From Candidatus Phycocordibacter aenigmaticus (GTDB taxonomy: Bacteria; Patescibacteriota; Minisyncoccia; Phycocordibacterales; Phycocordibacteraceae): a DNA stretch of 64,000 nt. Where the stretch lies: NCBI GenBank assembly GCA_045401115.1, contig CP174359.1, positions 355,247-419,246 on the forward strand. Reading direction: 5' to 3'. A program made the position numbers and the translations under genes. Shown piece after piece: positions 28,623-37,589 of this stretch. Positions within the stretch are counted from its first letter, which is position 1. Each line of letters begins with the position of its first letter. The notes beneath the pieces are model-generated. The model was given only the letters and a program-made list of their open reading frames with translations, did not search any database and was not told the DNA's origin.

Positions 28623-30971
28623 ATGAATCATCATATTATGTCCACTGAGCAATCTGATACAGCCCAAGCGGCACCAAAACGAGATATTGCGTTTTATGCA
28701 ACACTTGGCATGATATTTGTTACTCCACTTTTCCTTATTCCATCAACTCTTGCACCGGTACAGTTTTCAAAAACTATGCTCGTGCTGCTCCTCCTTGCTG
28801 TCGCACTTACCGCACTTACATATCAGATATTTCGTAAAGGGGTATTTCACCATGTATGGTCTTGGCTCCACCTAACAGTATGGATACTTCCTGTAGCGTA
28901 TTTCATTTCAGCCCTATTCTCAGCACAACCTTCACGTTCTTTCTTGGGGTACAGCCTTGAAGTAGATACATTTGGGTTCATATTACTTGCCGCAGCATTA
29001 GTGCATCTTGCGTCTTTAACTCTTATCACTAAAGGAAGAATGATTGCAGCTTTTTTTGCTCTATTAGCAGCATCTTGGGTTGTCTTTGTTTTCCAATTAA
29101 TCCAAATTGCCTTTGGCGCTCCGTTTCCATTTTTCCCTAATCCAACCGCCAATATGGTGGGAAGCTGGAATGATCTAGGAATCTTTGCAGGACTTGTTGC
29201 TTCGCTGACACTTCTTGCAGTCGAATCGTTACCTTTCTCAAGATTGCACCACCTATTGCTGGTGGCAACTTTTGTTGTTGCGCTTTTCTTTATCATGCTT
29301 GTTGGGTTTACTCCGGCATGGATCGCGTTTGGTCTCGTAGCGTTTGTGGCGCTTGTACTCCGTGTTTCTCGCGGTATATTCACAGAGAATAAAGAGTCAA
29401 ATATTCGTTGGCCCGGAGTATTGCCTGTCGTTGGTTTTGTAGCAGCAGTATTTTTTGCCACTATTGGGGGTGGTGTAACTAGCACCATTCAAAATGCATT
29501 TGGCGTGGATAACTTCGATGTGCGTCCAACGACTCAATCAACCATCAATATATTAAATTCTGTATATGCGGAAGATCCTGTTTTTGGTTCTGGACCGAAT
29601 ACATTCAGTTCACAATGGCTTCTGTATCGCTCTGCTGAAGTAGCGCAATCACCATTTTGGAATTTATCATTCAATGCTGGTGCAAGCCGAGTACTTTCTA
29701 GTGCCGCTACAGGCGGGCTTGTGGTGGCACTTGCATGGCTTGCGTTCTTAGTGTTGCTTCTCTATACACTTGGTCGCGCATTTTTCTCTGGTATTACTGA
29801 TAAACGCTCGTATACCATTGTCTCGTTCTCGGCGCTCACTGTTCTATATTTACTGGTTATGCATGTGTTCTATGCACCAAGTCAATCATTATCGATTCTC
29901 TTGTTCTTGTTTATAGGTGTCTTTCTTGCTTCACTGCGTGGCACGTCGCTTACACAAAATACAACACTACAGTTGAAAAAATCACCAAGAATAGGGATTG
30001 CTTTTGTGTTTGGCGGCATCGTAATGACTCTCTTTGTATTTGGGTCAGTGTATGGAGTAGGGCAAAAGTATGTAAGTGCGTATTATCATAATCATGCCAT
30101 TGTTATTGCCAACCAAGGTGAACTAGCAGCTGGATTAGAAAAATTAGAGTCTGCAATCGGCCTCTCTGCACAAGACCGGTACTACCGTACCGCGGCATTA
30201 ATTCATTTAGCTCAACTGGAAAGAATTGTACAATCAGATGATTCAGGAGCGGAAGCGCAGAGTGCATTTCAAACAGCGCTTGCTGGTGCAGTACAAAATG
30301 CCGGACTTGCGCTACAACAAAATCCACGAAGTTTTGAAAACATCATGCTCCGTGGTCGGGTCTTTGAAAGCGCGGTGCCGCTTGAAATTGACGGCGCTTT
30401 AGAAAATGCGCTTAGTGTGTACGAAAATGCTCGCGTGCTTAACCCACTAAGTCCTGAAATTGATTGGCGCCTTGCAACACTACATGCTTCAGAAGGTGAT
30501 ATTGAAAAGGCTCGTGAACTTATTTCGACTGCACTTTCAAAGAAGGCTGATTATACACAAGCTATACTGCTTCTCGCTCAAATTGAACTCAATGCTGGTA
30601 ACCTAACCGAAGCAATTAACTCGGTACGTGCAGCGGTATATTTTGAGCCGCAAAACACTCTACTGCTTTACCAACTAGGTATCCTATTCTTACAAGACAA
30701 TGATTATGAAAATGCTGCAGCAGCGCTCGAAGAGTCATTGCGGCTTAATCCGGAATTTGCCAATGCTGCGTTTTTCCTCGCGCAGGCATATGCGTATCTT
30801 GATGAATTTGAAGCAGCTTCAGATATCATTGAACGTCTCATAACAGTGAATCCTGACAATGAATCACTTGAACCAATTCATGAGGCACTTACGAATAATG
30901 TGAATCCGTTTGCGCAAGCGCCAGTAGCTCCGAATGATGGAGAAGATGAAGAAGGGGTAGAAATTGAATAG
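28623..30971 (+). CDS. Polytopic membrane protein (Wzy/O-antigen-ligase-like topology) with C-terminal TPR repeat domain
   Basis: About 12 TM helices then ~300 aa TPR-like helical repeats. Confidence 0.45.
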   Translation: MNHHIMSTEQSDTAQAAPKRDIAFYATLGMIFVTPLFLIPSTLAPVQFSKTMLVLLLLAVALTALTYQIFRKGVFHHVWSWLHLTVWILPVAYFISALFSAQPSRSFLGYSLEVDTFGFILLAAALVHLASLTLITKGRMIAAFFALLAASWVVFVFQLIQIAFGAPFPFFPNPTANMVGSWNDLGIFAGLVASLTLLAVESLPFSRLHHLLLVATFVVALFFIMLVGFTPAWIAFGLVAFVALVLRVSRGIFTENKESNIRWPGVLPVVGFVAAVFFATIGGGVTSTIQNAFGVDNFDVRPTTQSTINILNSVYAEDPVFGSGPNTFSSQWLLYRSAEVAQSPFWNLSFNAGASRVLSSAATGGLVVALAWLAFLVLLLYTLGRAFFSGITDKRSYTIVSFSALTVLYLLVMHVFYAPSQSLSILLFLFIGVFLASLRGTSLTQNTTLQLKKSPRIGIAFVFGGIVMTLFVFGSVYGVGQKYVSAYYHNHAIVIANQGELAAGLEKLESAIGLSAQDRYYRTAALIHLAQLERIVQSDDSGAEAQSAFQTALAGAVQNAGLALQQNPRSFENIMLRGRVFESAVPLEIDGALENALSVYENARVLNPLSPEIDWRLATLHASEGDIEKARELISTALSKKADYTQAILLLAQIELNAGNLTEAINSVRAAVYFEPQNTLLLYQLGILFLQDNDYENAAAALEESLRLNPEFANAAFFLAQAYAYLDEFEAASDIIERLITVNPDNESLEPIHEALTNNVNPFAQAPVAPNDGEDEEGVEIE

Positions 30972-30980
30972 TAAGCGATT

Positions 30981-32654
30981 ATGGTGGGGAAATTACTCGC
31001 TGCTATGAATACGCAAATACGCGGTCTCCATGAGACCGCGTATTTGCTTGCTATATTTACTTTTCTTTCGCAGATTTTAGCATTAGTTCGTGATCGCACT
31101 TTTGCTCATTTTTTCGGTGCCGATGCAGTGCTAGATGCGTATTTTGCAGCGTTCCGTATTCCTGATGTAGTATTTGCATTCCTTACATTATTTGTTTCTT
31201 CGTTTGCGCTCATCCCTTTGTTTGCGCGCCGCGGAGGTTCATACAGTGAGTCTTCTCGACGTCTTACTGGTGCGGTGCTCACTGTATTTGCTGGTATTAG
31301 CATTGTTGTGTCGGTTCTTCTTTTTATTGCAGCTCCATATATTGTTCCTATTCTTTTTCCTGGGTTTGATGCATCACTGACTGAAGTGGTGATACAACTT
31401 ACACGTATCATGTTGCTCCAGCCAATCTTGCTTGGATTTTCTTCGGTGGCGGCGAGTGTAATGCAGTCTGCTCGAAAATTCTTTCTTTATGCGTTGGCAC
31501 CAATTTTCTATAATGTTGGTATTATTTTCGGTGCAATGTTTTTGTACCCAGCACTCGGTATAACAGGTCTTGCGTGGGGTGTAGTGTTCGGTGCAGTATT
31601 GCATTTACTCGTACAAGCAATGCCGGTGCTTATGTACGATAAAGCATTAACTCCTCGTTTTCCTCACACCTTATGGAGGGATGTCTCTCAAGTGGTCCTT
31701 CTTTCACTCCCACGCGCGTTGGCGCTTTCTTCACAACAAGCGTTATTGCTTGTCTTTACTGGAATTGCTTCGATTGCTGCTGTGGGTAGTGTGTCCACAT
31801 TGTCATTCGGTTTTAATCTTCAGTCAGTACCTTTGGCAGTCATTGGCGTAAGTTATGCGGCGGCACTGTTTCCGTCACTCTCTACGCTTTTTACTAATAA
31901 AGATTACCAAACCTTTACTAAAGAAGTATGGGCGGCAGTACGACATACTATTTTTTGGATTACACCGGCGGTGTTGTTAATGGTTGTGTTGCGTGCACAA
32001 ATTGTACGGGTTGTGCTTGGTTCTGGTGAATTTACCTGGGCAGACACTCGTCTTACAGCAGCAATTCTTGCAGGTTTTGTTATTTCTCTTATTGCGCAAT
32101 CATCCATTCTTATTTTTTCTCGCGCATACTATGCTGCCGGTCGTTCACTTGAACCTATTGTCATTAATGTTTCTGCAGCGCTCGCTGCGAGTGTTGCAGC
32201 TTGGTATGGTGTTATATGGTTCCAAAATGCGACTGTCTGGCGGTATTTTTTAGAAGACCTTTTTCGTATTACTGATACACCGGGTTCAGAGGTATTAATG
32301 ATTGCGTTGGCGTATTCAGGGGTGATGTTTATTGCTGCGCTACTCTTTGCAATAATTTTTGCACGGCGTTTTGGATTTGAAAATCGAACAGCAGGTTCAC
32401 TTTTGTTCTCTTTTGCTGCTTCAGTTATCGGTGCCAGTGCCGCATATATTATTCTGCAGGTATTAGGACCACTTTTGCCAACTGACACATTCTTAGGTAT
32501 CTTTACGCAAGGAGCGGTAGCTGGTGTTGTAGGACTTGGGGTTTGGGTAGGGACACTAATATTCCTCGGTAGCCGTGATTTCTTGGAAGTAAGCACTGTT
32601 TTTTATCGTCTTATAAGACAGCGTATTCACCAAGACTCCTCAAATAAATCATAA
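30981..32654 (+). CDS. murJ: Lipid II flippase MurJ/MviN
   Basis: 14-TM MOP-family topology, YFAAFRIPDVVF N-terminal motif. Confidence 0.8.
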   Translation: MVGKLLAAMNTQIRGLHETAYLLAIFTFLSQILALVRDRTFAHFFGADAVLDAYFAAFRIPDVVFAFLTLFVSSFALIPLFARRGGSYSESSRRLTGAVLTVFAGISIVVSVLLFIAAPYIVPILFPGFDASLTEVVIQLTRIMLLQPILLGFSSVAASVMQSARKFFLYALAPIFYNVGIIFGAMFLYPALGITGLAWGVVFGAVLHLLVQAMPVLMYDKALTPRFPHTLWRDVSQVVLLSLPRALALSSQQALLLVFTGIASIAAVGSVSTLSFGFNLQSVPLAVIGVSYAAALFPSLSTLFTNKDYQTFTKEVWAAVRHTIFWITPAVLLMVVLRAQIVRVVLGSGEFTWADTRLTAAILAGFVISLIAQSSILIFSRAYYAAGRSLEPIVINVSAALAASVAAWYGVIWFQNATVWRYFLEDLFRITDTPGSEVLMIALAYSGVMFIAALLFAIIFARRFGFENRTAGSLLFSFAASVIGASAAYIILQVLGPLLPTDTFLGIFTQGAVAGVVGLGVWVGTLIFLGSRDFLEVSTVFYRLIRQRIHQDSSNKS

Positions 32655-32656
32655 TT

Positions 32657-34456
32657 ATGAAGACTGATCATATAAGAAATTTTTCTATTATCGCGCATAT
32701 TGATCATGGTAAAAGTACGTTAGCCGATCGTATGCTCGAGATTACTAAATCTGTTGAAATGCGTAAAATGCGTGAGCAGATGCTTGATGCGATGGATCTT
32801 GAACGTGAGCGTGGTATTACGATTAAAATGCAGCCAGCGCGCATGCACTTTAGTGTTGGGGGAGAAGAGTATGTACTTAACCTTATTGATACCCCGGGTC
32901 ACATAGATTTTGCATACGAGGTGTCACGCGCACTTACTGCCGTTGAGGGTGTGTTACTGCTTGTTGATGCAACTCAGGGCGTACAAGCTCAAACACTGGC
33001 CACGCTTGCTATGGCGAAGGAGGCAGGATGTGTGATTATTCCAGTGATTTCCAAAACCGATATGCCGAACGCGCGAATTGCCGAAACGCAACTTGAGATT
33101 ATTGAGTTATTAAATTGTGATGAATCAGATATTTATCTTGTTTCAGGTAAAACCGGCAGTGGTGTTGAGGAGTTGCTGGACGGTATTGTAAAGACCGTGC
33201 CACCACCTACTCCTTCAGTTCAGGAACATGGCGGCCGGGCGCTTATTTTTGATTTTTCTTATTCCGAACACCGGGGAGTTGTTATGTTTATTCGGGTGAC
33301 TGATGGCACGATCACTACTAAAGATACTTTGTCGCTTGCAATCAATAACCATCAGTTCCAAGCGGGAGAGGTGGGGTGGTTCCTTCCCGAGCCGGCGGTA
33401 AGTGGACAGCTTACAACCGGTGAGATTGGCTACGTGGTCAGTGGTTTGAAAGAGCCGGGTATTGCGGTCGTGGGAGACACACTCACTAGCGCAGGTACTA
33501 AACTGCCAGCACTGCCGGGATACAAACAGCCAAAGCCAGTGGTATGGGCCTCACTGTTCCCTGAAAGCCAAGATGAGTTTGTCTATTTAAAACAGGCTCT
33601 GGCACGCCTCCAGCTTTCTGACAGTGCACTCTCTTTTGAAGAAGACGGGTCAAGTGTATTAGGGAAAGGATTTCGTTGCGGTTTCTTGGGTATGCTCCAT
33701 CTGGAGATTGTGACTGAACGTTTGCGCCGTGAGTTTAAACTAACTCCCATTCTTACGACACCGTCCATTATGTATGATGTGGTGTATAAAGACGGCACTG
33801 AAGAAGTTATTTTCAGTCCGTCACAGTTTCCTGATCATGGCTCTTTAGAAAAAGTGTTTGAACAATGGACTCGACTCACCATTATCGCTCCCCCTGAGTA
33901 CCTTTCAGGTATTACACAACTTATCTATGAGCATGAAGGTCAGGTCGCTACATCTGAGCTTTTTTCAGATGGGCGAATGTCAGTTACTGCTGATATGCCA
34001 CTTCGGGAGCTTATGCGAGGCTTTTTTGACCGGTTAAAAAGTGTTTCAAGTGGTTTTGCATCCCTCTCTTATGAATTTACTGATAAACGGCCCGCAGATG
34101 TCACGCGCCTAGATGTGTTGGTTGCTGAGGAGGCAGTTCCTGCGTTTTCACGGGTAGTTTCGCGCTCTCGCGCTGAGGAAGATGCACGAAGCGCTGTTGA
34201 AAAACTCAACAAGACACTCCCGAAGCAATTATTTGTGGTGAAGATTCAAGCAAAAGCTGACGGACGCATTATCGCCTCAAAATCACTTTCAGCGATGCGA
34301 AAAGATGTAACCGGTCACTTGTATGGCGGTGATGTGAGTCGCAAGAAAAAGCTTTTGGAAAAACAAAAGAAAGGAAAAGAGCGCCGCGGGAGTCACGGTA
34401 AAGTATCTATTCCGCCGGATGTGTTTCTTAAAATGGTGAACCTCTCTGACGAGTAG
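32657..34456 (+). CDS. lepA: Elongation factor 4 (LepA)
   Basis: IRNFSIIAHIDHGKSTLADR G1 motif, DTPGHIDF, LepA C-terminal domain. Confidence 0.95.
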   Translation: MKTDHIRNFSIIAHIDHGKSTLADRMLEITKSVEMRKMREQMLDAMDLERERGITIKMQPARMHFSVGGEEYVLNLIDTPGHIDFAYEVSRALTAVEGVLLLVDATQGVQAQTLATLAMAKEAGCVIIPVISKTDMPNARIAETQLEIIELLNCDESDIYLVSGKTGSGVEELLDGIVKTVPPPTPSVQEHGGRALIFDFSYSEHRGVVMFIRVTDGTITTKDTLSLAINNHQFQAGEVGWFLPEPAVSGQLTTGEIGYVVSGLKEPGIAVVGDTLTSAGTKLPALPGYKQPKPVVWASLFPESQDEFVYLKQALARLQLSDSALSFEEDGSSVLGKGFRCGFLGMLHLEIVTERLRREFKLTPILTTPSIMYDVVYKDGTEEVIFSPSQFPDHGSLEKVFEQWTRLTIIAPPEYLSGITQLIYEHEGQVATSELFSDGRMSVTADMPLRELMRGFFDRLKSVSSGFASLSYEFTDKRPADVTRLDVLVAEEAVPAFSRVVSRSRAEEDARSAVEKLNKTLPKQLFVVKIQAKADGRIIASKSLSAMRKDVTGHLYGGDVSRKKKLLEKQKKGKERRGSHGKVSIPPDVFLKMVNLSDE

Positions 34457-34700
34457 GGAACCGAGTATTTTAGAAGAAGTAAATGATTGGGGTGTAGAGG
34501 ATTATCATGCTTACAATGATAAGAAACACAAGCACGCCCCATACCCACTTCATAGCCCCTTTCGTTTTCTTGGAAAATAGCATATTGAGGACAGTATACC
34601 CATATCCGAAGCACCTGACTAGTGGAGGGTTATAGTACATATTAAATGAGATACATTACCTTCATAGGAGCTGTGTGTATCCGTAAGGTAGAATACAGGT

Positions 34701-35078
34701 ATGTTGAAAGGGCGAATTGAGCGACTTATTGTAAAAATATTACTGTGGGTGTTTATTGCCTTTCTTGTTGTCGTGACTGTTTTTTTGCTTGGCGCAACGT
34801 GGGAAGCGTATCAAAAAGAGCGGCTTGCGTGGCGTGAACACGCGAACGCTAAAGAGCGGTATGACGAAGTGTATAAACGTCATGAGACTCTTGTTAAAGA
34901 AATTGAGACGCTTTCTAATGAGCGAGGGCGTGAAGCAGAGTTCCGCACCCGTTTCCCCGTAGCTCGAGAAGGGGAGGAGGTCATTGTGCTTGTAGACGCG
35001 CCTGAGGTGCCTCAGGAGGGACAGGAAGATGAACGTCGGAGTATATGGAGTTCCGTTCGTGACTGGTTCGGATTTTAG
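34701..35078 (+). CDS. Septum-formation-initiator-like protein (FtsB/DivIC-like): TM plus coiled coil
   Basis: N-terminal TM, heptad coiled coil, C-terminal REGEEVIVLVD. Confidence 0.4.
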   Translation: MLKGRIERLIVKILLWVFIAFLVVVTVFLLGATWEAYQKERLAWREHANAKERYDEVYKRHETLVKEIETLSNERGREAEFRTRFPVAREGEEVIVLVDAPEVPQEGQEDERRSIWSSVRDWFGF

Positions 35079-35169
35079 TGGGCGAATATTATACCTACAG
35101 CGTTGTATTTAAGATGCTCTAAGGTTACACTGATGGGGTAACAACAGCATAAATAAAAAAAGATAGTAT

Positions 35170-35418
35170 ATGGATGCACAGAAAACAGTAACGATTTACT
35201 CAACACCAACATGTCATTTTTGTCAGATGGCAAAAGAGTTTTTCAAGGCAAATGACGTGGAATTTACTGACCACAACGTGGCAGAAGAACTTGAAAAGCG
35301 TCAAGAAATGATTGATATGACCGGTCAAATGGGTGTACCGGTAATTAAGATAGGAGACGATGTAGTTATTGGATTTGATGAAGGTAAGATTAAATCTTTA
35401 CTTGAAATCGAAGGATAA
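35170..35418 (+). CDS. Glutaredoxin-like protein (NrdH/Grx family, CHFC active site)
   Basis: VTIYSTPTCHFCQMAK motif, 82 aa. Confidence 0.8.
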   Translation: MDAQKTVTIYSTPTCHFCQMAKEFFKANDVEFTDHNVAEELEKRQEMIDMTGQMGVPVIKIGDDVVIGFDEGKIKSLLEIEG

Positions 35419-35437
35419 GTATCATTTCGCTCCTTTT

Positions 35438-35466
35438 AAAGCCTGCTACTGCAGGCTTTTTTATAT
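35438..35466 (+). terminator. Rho-independent terminator
   Basis: AAAGCCTGC-TACT-GCAGGCTTTTTTAT. Confidence 0.7.
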
Positions 35467-35514
35467 AGTCTAAAACTTGACAACTATATATAATATGTTA
35501 CGATATATCGCATT

Positions 35515-35832
35515 ATGCAACATATAGAACAACTACAAGCAATCGAACACGCACCGGCACGTTTGTGTAACTTAGGTATTTATGGGGAACTTAAGGTGCA
35601 TGATGTAGAAAAAGCGGTAGAAGCTGGTGAAATAAGCTTCCATGAAGGGGTTGAGTTAATTGAAAAATTTGGTGATCTTTCTAGAGTAGAGGCTTCACGC
35701 GTTCTTGAAGATGCTCTTGAGTCTCCGAATGATGCTATAGCTGAACTTCTTTCTGAAAGCGCACCACCTCTAAATGACGGCACTAATGTGTTTTACAGTG
35801 CCTGTGAAGCAATCTTCCAGTCTGGAATGTAG
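35515..35832 (+). CDS. Hypothetical acidic protein
   Basis: ORF with downstream terminator; no recognised domain. Confidence 0.4.
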   Translation: MQHIEQLQAIEHAPARLCNLGIYGELKVHDVEKAVEAGEISFHEGVELIEKFGDLSRVEASRVLEDALESPNDAIAELLSESAPPLNDGTNVFYSACEAIFQSGM

Positions 35833-35850
35833 TTGTCTATACTCTCTTCC

Positions 35851-35883
35851 AAACAACCCGCTTACATGGCGGGTTGTTTTTAT
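35851..35883 (+). terminator. Rho-independent terminator
   Basis: AAACAACCCGC-TTACATG-GCGGGTTGTTTTT. Confidence 0.7.
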
Positions 35884-35884
35884 T

Positions 35885-36151
35885 GATGTCCGCGCTAGAA
35901 CGCTTCGCTATCTCACTGCTCCCCAGCACCAGTTTGAGACAAAATGAAAATGGTTCGAAAATCTTTGTATGGAAATGAAACGTATCATACCTACTCACGT
36001 CCGTTCTCAAACTGGAGCTGGGTGTGCTCATAGAACCCTCGGTTCTATGTCGGCCAAAGGCCTAACTCCTCCACGGGAAAACAACGTGTTTTCCCGACCC
36101 TTTTCCAGTTCGATTCCTAGCAAGGGCACGGAATATGCTTCGCATTTTTAT
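35885..36151 (-). mobile_element. tRNA-Arg-flanking structured element E (related to element A), with an inverted copy of the tRNA 3' end
   Basis: 21-bp inverted repeat 36108-36129 / 36154-36175 involving the tRNA 3' end; hairpins 36029-36049 and 36074-36096 homologous to those of element A. Confidence 0.45.
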
Positions 36152-36227
36152 TGGTGCCCTTGCTAGGAATCGAACCTAGATCTAGAACTTAGGAGGTTCT
36201 TGTTCTATCCATTGAACTACAAGGGCA
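36152..36227 (-). tRNA. tRNA-Arg (anticodon CCT), CCA encoded
   Basis: Reverse complement gives TGCCCTT acceptor, anticodon loop CTCCTAA, GGTTCGATTCC T-arm, ...GGGCACCA. Confidence 0.85.
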
Positions 36228-36325
36228 TAGTGCTTCACGATAATGCGCGTCTTTTGCAAGCAAGAAGTGAATAGAAGTCTTGCTTATATTCACGCCGACG
36301 CGCCGCAAAAGTGGAAGCGCATTAT

Positions 36326-36598
36326 CTTACCACGCGCCCGCGTATGAAAAGACACGCAGTGCTTTCATACAAGAGCCAAAGGTTTGTGGTATTCCCACTG
36401 GCTCATGAAATACACGCAGTGATTTCATACAAGGGTGAGTAAAGGAGCTCGCTTACATTTTTGTTGAGGCGATGGAAAAAGTAAAGCGTGTTGCCTTACC
36501 ACGCGCCCGCGTATGAAAAGACACGCAGTGCTTTCATACAAGAGCCAAAGGTTTGTGGTATTCCCACTGGCTCATGAAATACACGCAGTGATTTCATA
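36326..36598. repeat. Two ~104-bp perfect direct repeats (36326-36429 and 36495-36598, period 169 bp), each holding two palindromes with a conserved ACACGCAGTG centre
   Basis: Direct comparison; TATGAAA...TTTCATA and CATGAAAT...ATTTCATA sub-palindromes. Confidence 0.8.
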
Positions 36599-36673
36599 TA
36601 AGGCATCGGACGTATCAAGCCGCACGGGGGTAAATACCCCCTAAACGGCTCTCTATGTTGTACACTGTTTTAT

Positions 36674-37012
36674 ATGAATCAGCAAAAGCAAAAAAAAGAA
36701 CCAGGACCTTCTTTAGATGAAGTATATAAGCTTGCTAAGGAAAATAATCGCATGCTCAAAGCCATGCGTCGGGATGCTTTCATTGGTGCTATCTTAAAAT
36801 TTGTGTTCTGGATTGCGATACTTTTTGTTATTCCTTATATTTTATATACGGTGTATCTGCAACCTCATTTAGTCAATCTTCAAAATACATATAATCAGTT
36901 TAATCAAAAAGTAGAAGCAATTGACGGCGCCTCACAAGAACTTCAGCAAGTGCGTGAAAGCCTCCCTGAAGGCTTTAACTCCTTTCTTGAGCAGTTTGGT
37001 ATTGGTGGCTAG
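36674..37012 (+). CDS. Hypothetical membrane protein
   Basis: Single TM, coiled-coil C-terminus. Confidence 0.4.
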   Translation: MNQQKQKKEPGPSLDEVYKLAKENNRMLKAMRRDAFIGAILKFVFWIAILFVIPYILYTVYLQPHLVNLQNTYNQFNQKVEAIDGASQELQQVRESLPEGFNSFLEQFGIGG

Positions 37013-37188
37013 AAAGATGGATTTTTGAGTGGGTTTTGATAGAATGGGGGACATTGCTAAGATTGAATGGTCTTGGTGATTGCCCTGCCGAGGGAAGATG
37101 TACTTCGTGTTATCTTGCCTCGGATGCAGTAAAGTTCCTCTCGAGGTAAAGCTTCTTACGGTCGCTTTGCCTCGGCGTCGAGCTGAGA

Positions 37189-37284
37189 GAATACGCTTCC
37201 TTTTTTCCGGCACGTCAACAAAAATGTAAGCGAGCTTCCATTTTTGTCTTGCTTGGAAAAATCGCGTATTCTCGTTAACCTCTT
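37189..37284 (+). promoter_or_regulatory. Conserved upstream stem-loop/promoter region of tRNA-Phe (homologous region lies upstream of tRNA-Arg)
   Basis: 10-bp inverted repeat GAGAATACGC...GCGTATTCTC; shared CTTGCTTG-AAAA-CGCG-ATT-TCGT block with 36229-36330 (tRNA-Arg). Confidence 0.45.
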
Positions 37285-37358
37285 GCCGAGGTAGCTCAGG
37301 TGGTTAGAGCACTGGTCTGAAGAACCAGGTGTCGGCGGTTCGAGTCCGCCCCTCGGCA
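37285..37358 (+). tRNA. tRNA-Phe (anticodon GAA)
   Basis: GCCGAGGTAGCTCAGGTGGTTAGAGC..., anticodon loop CTGAAGA, GGTTCGAGTCCGCC T-arm. Confidence 0.9.
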
Positions 37359-37561
37359 CAAAAACAATGAAGCCCGATACGAGAGTATCGGGCGATTTGT
37401 TTTGTAGCTACGAGGGCGGACTCGAAAGACGGAGCCGTGGGTCCCCATTGTGCTGAGTTTCAGGCACAATGGGGCGGCGAGTCCGGGCAGGAGGTTGTTA
37501 TGAGTTTTTCTATCGAGAGATAGGTAAAAACGAATTACGAACCTGACGCCGAGTCCGCCCC
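37359..37561 (+). mobile_element. tRNA-Phe-flanking structured element B, ending in a 12-nt repeat of the tRNA T-loop/T-stem (CGAGTCCGCCCC)
   Basis: GNRA hairpin 37373-37392; hairpin 37443-37476; shared 16-mer CGAGTCCGGGCAGGAG 37478-37493; junction GACGCCGAGTCC 37545-37556. Confidence 0.45.
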
Positions 37562-37589
37562 ATAACTTAGACTGGTTTATACTATACAT

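Noticed and set aside
35969-36166. ORFs 35969-36166(+) and 35837-36031(-) overlapping tRNA-Arg and its downstream element
   Set aside because: They overlap a tRNA gene and hairpin-rich element; no RBS or homology. Spurious.
36326-36598. Considered the 104-bp direct repeats as a CRISPR array
   Set aside because: Only two units, repeats far longer than CRISPR repeats, the spacer is not bounded by short conserved repeats, and no cas genes in the window.
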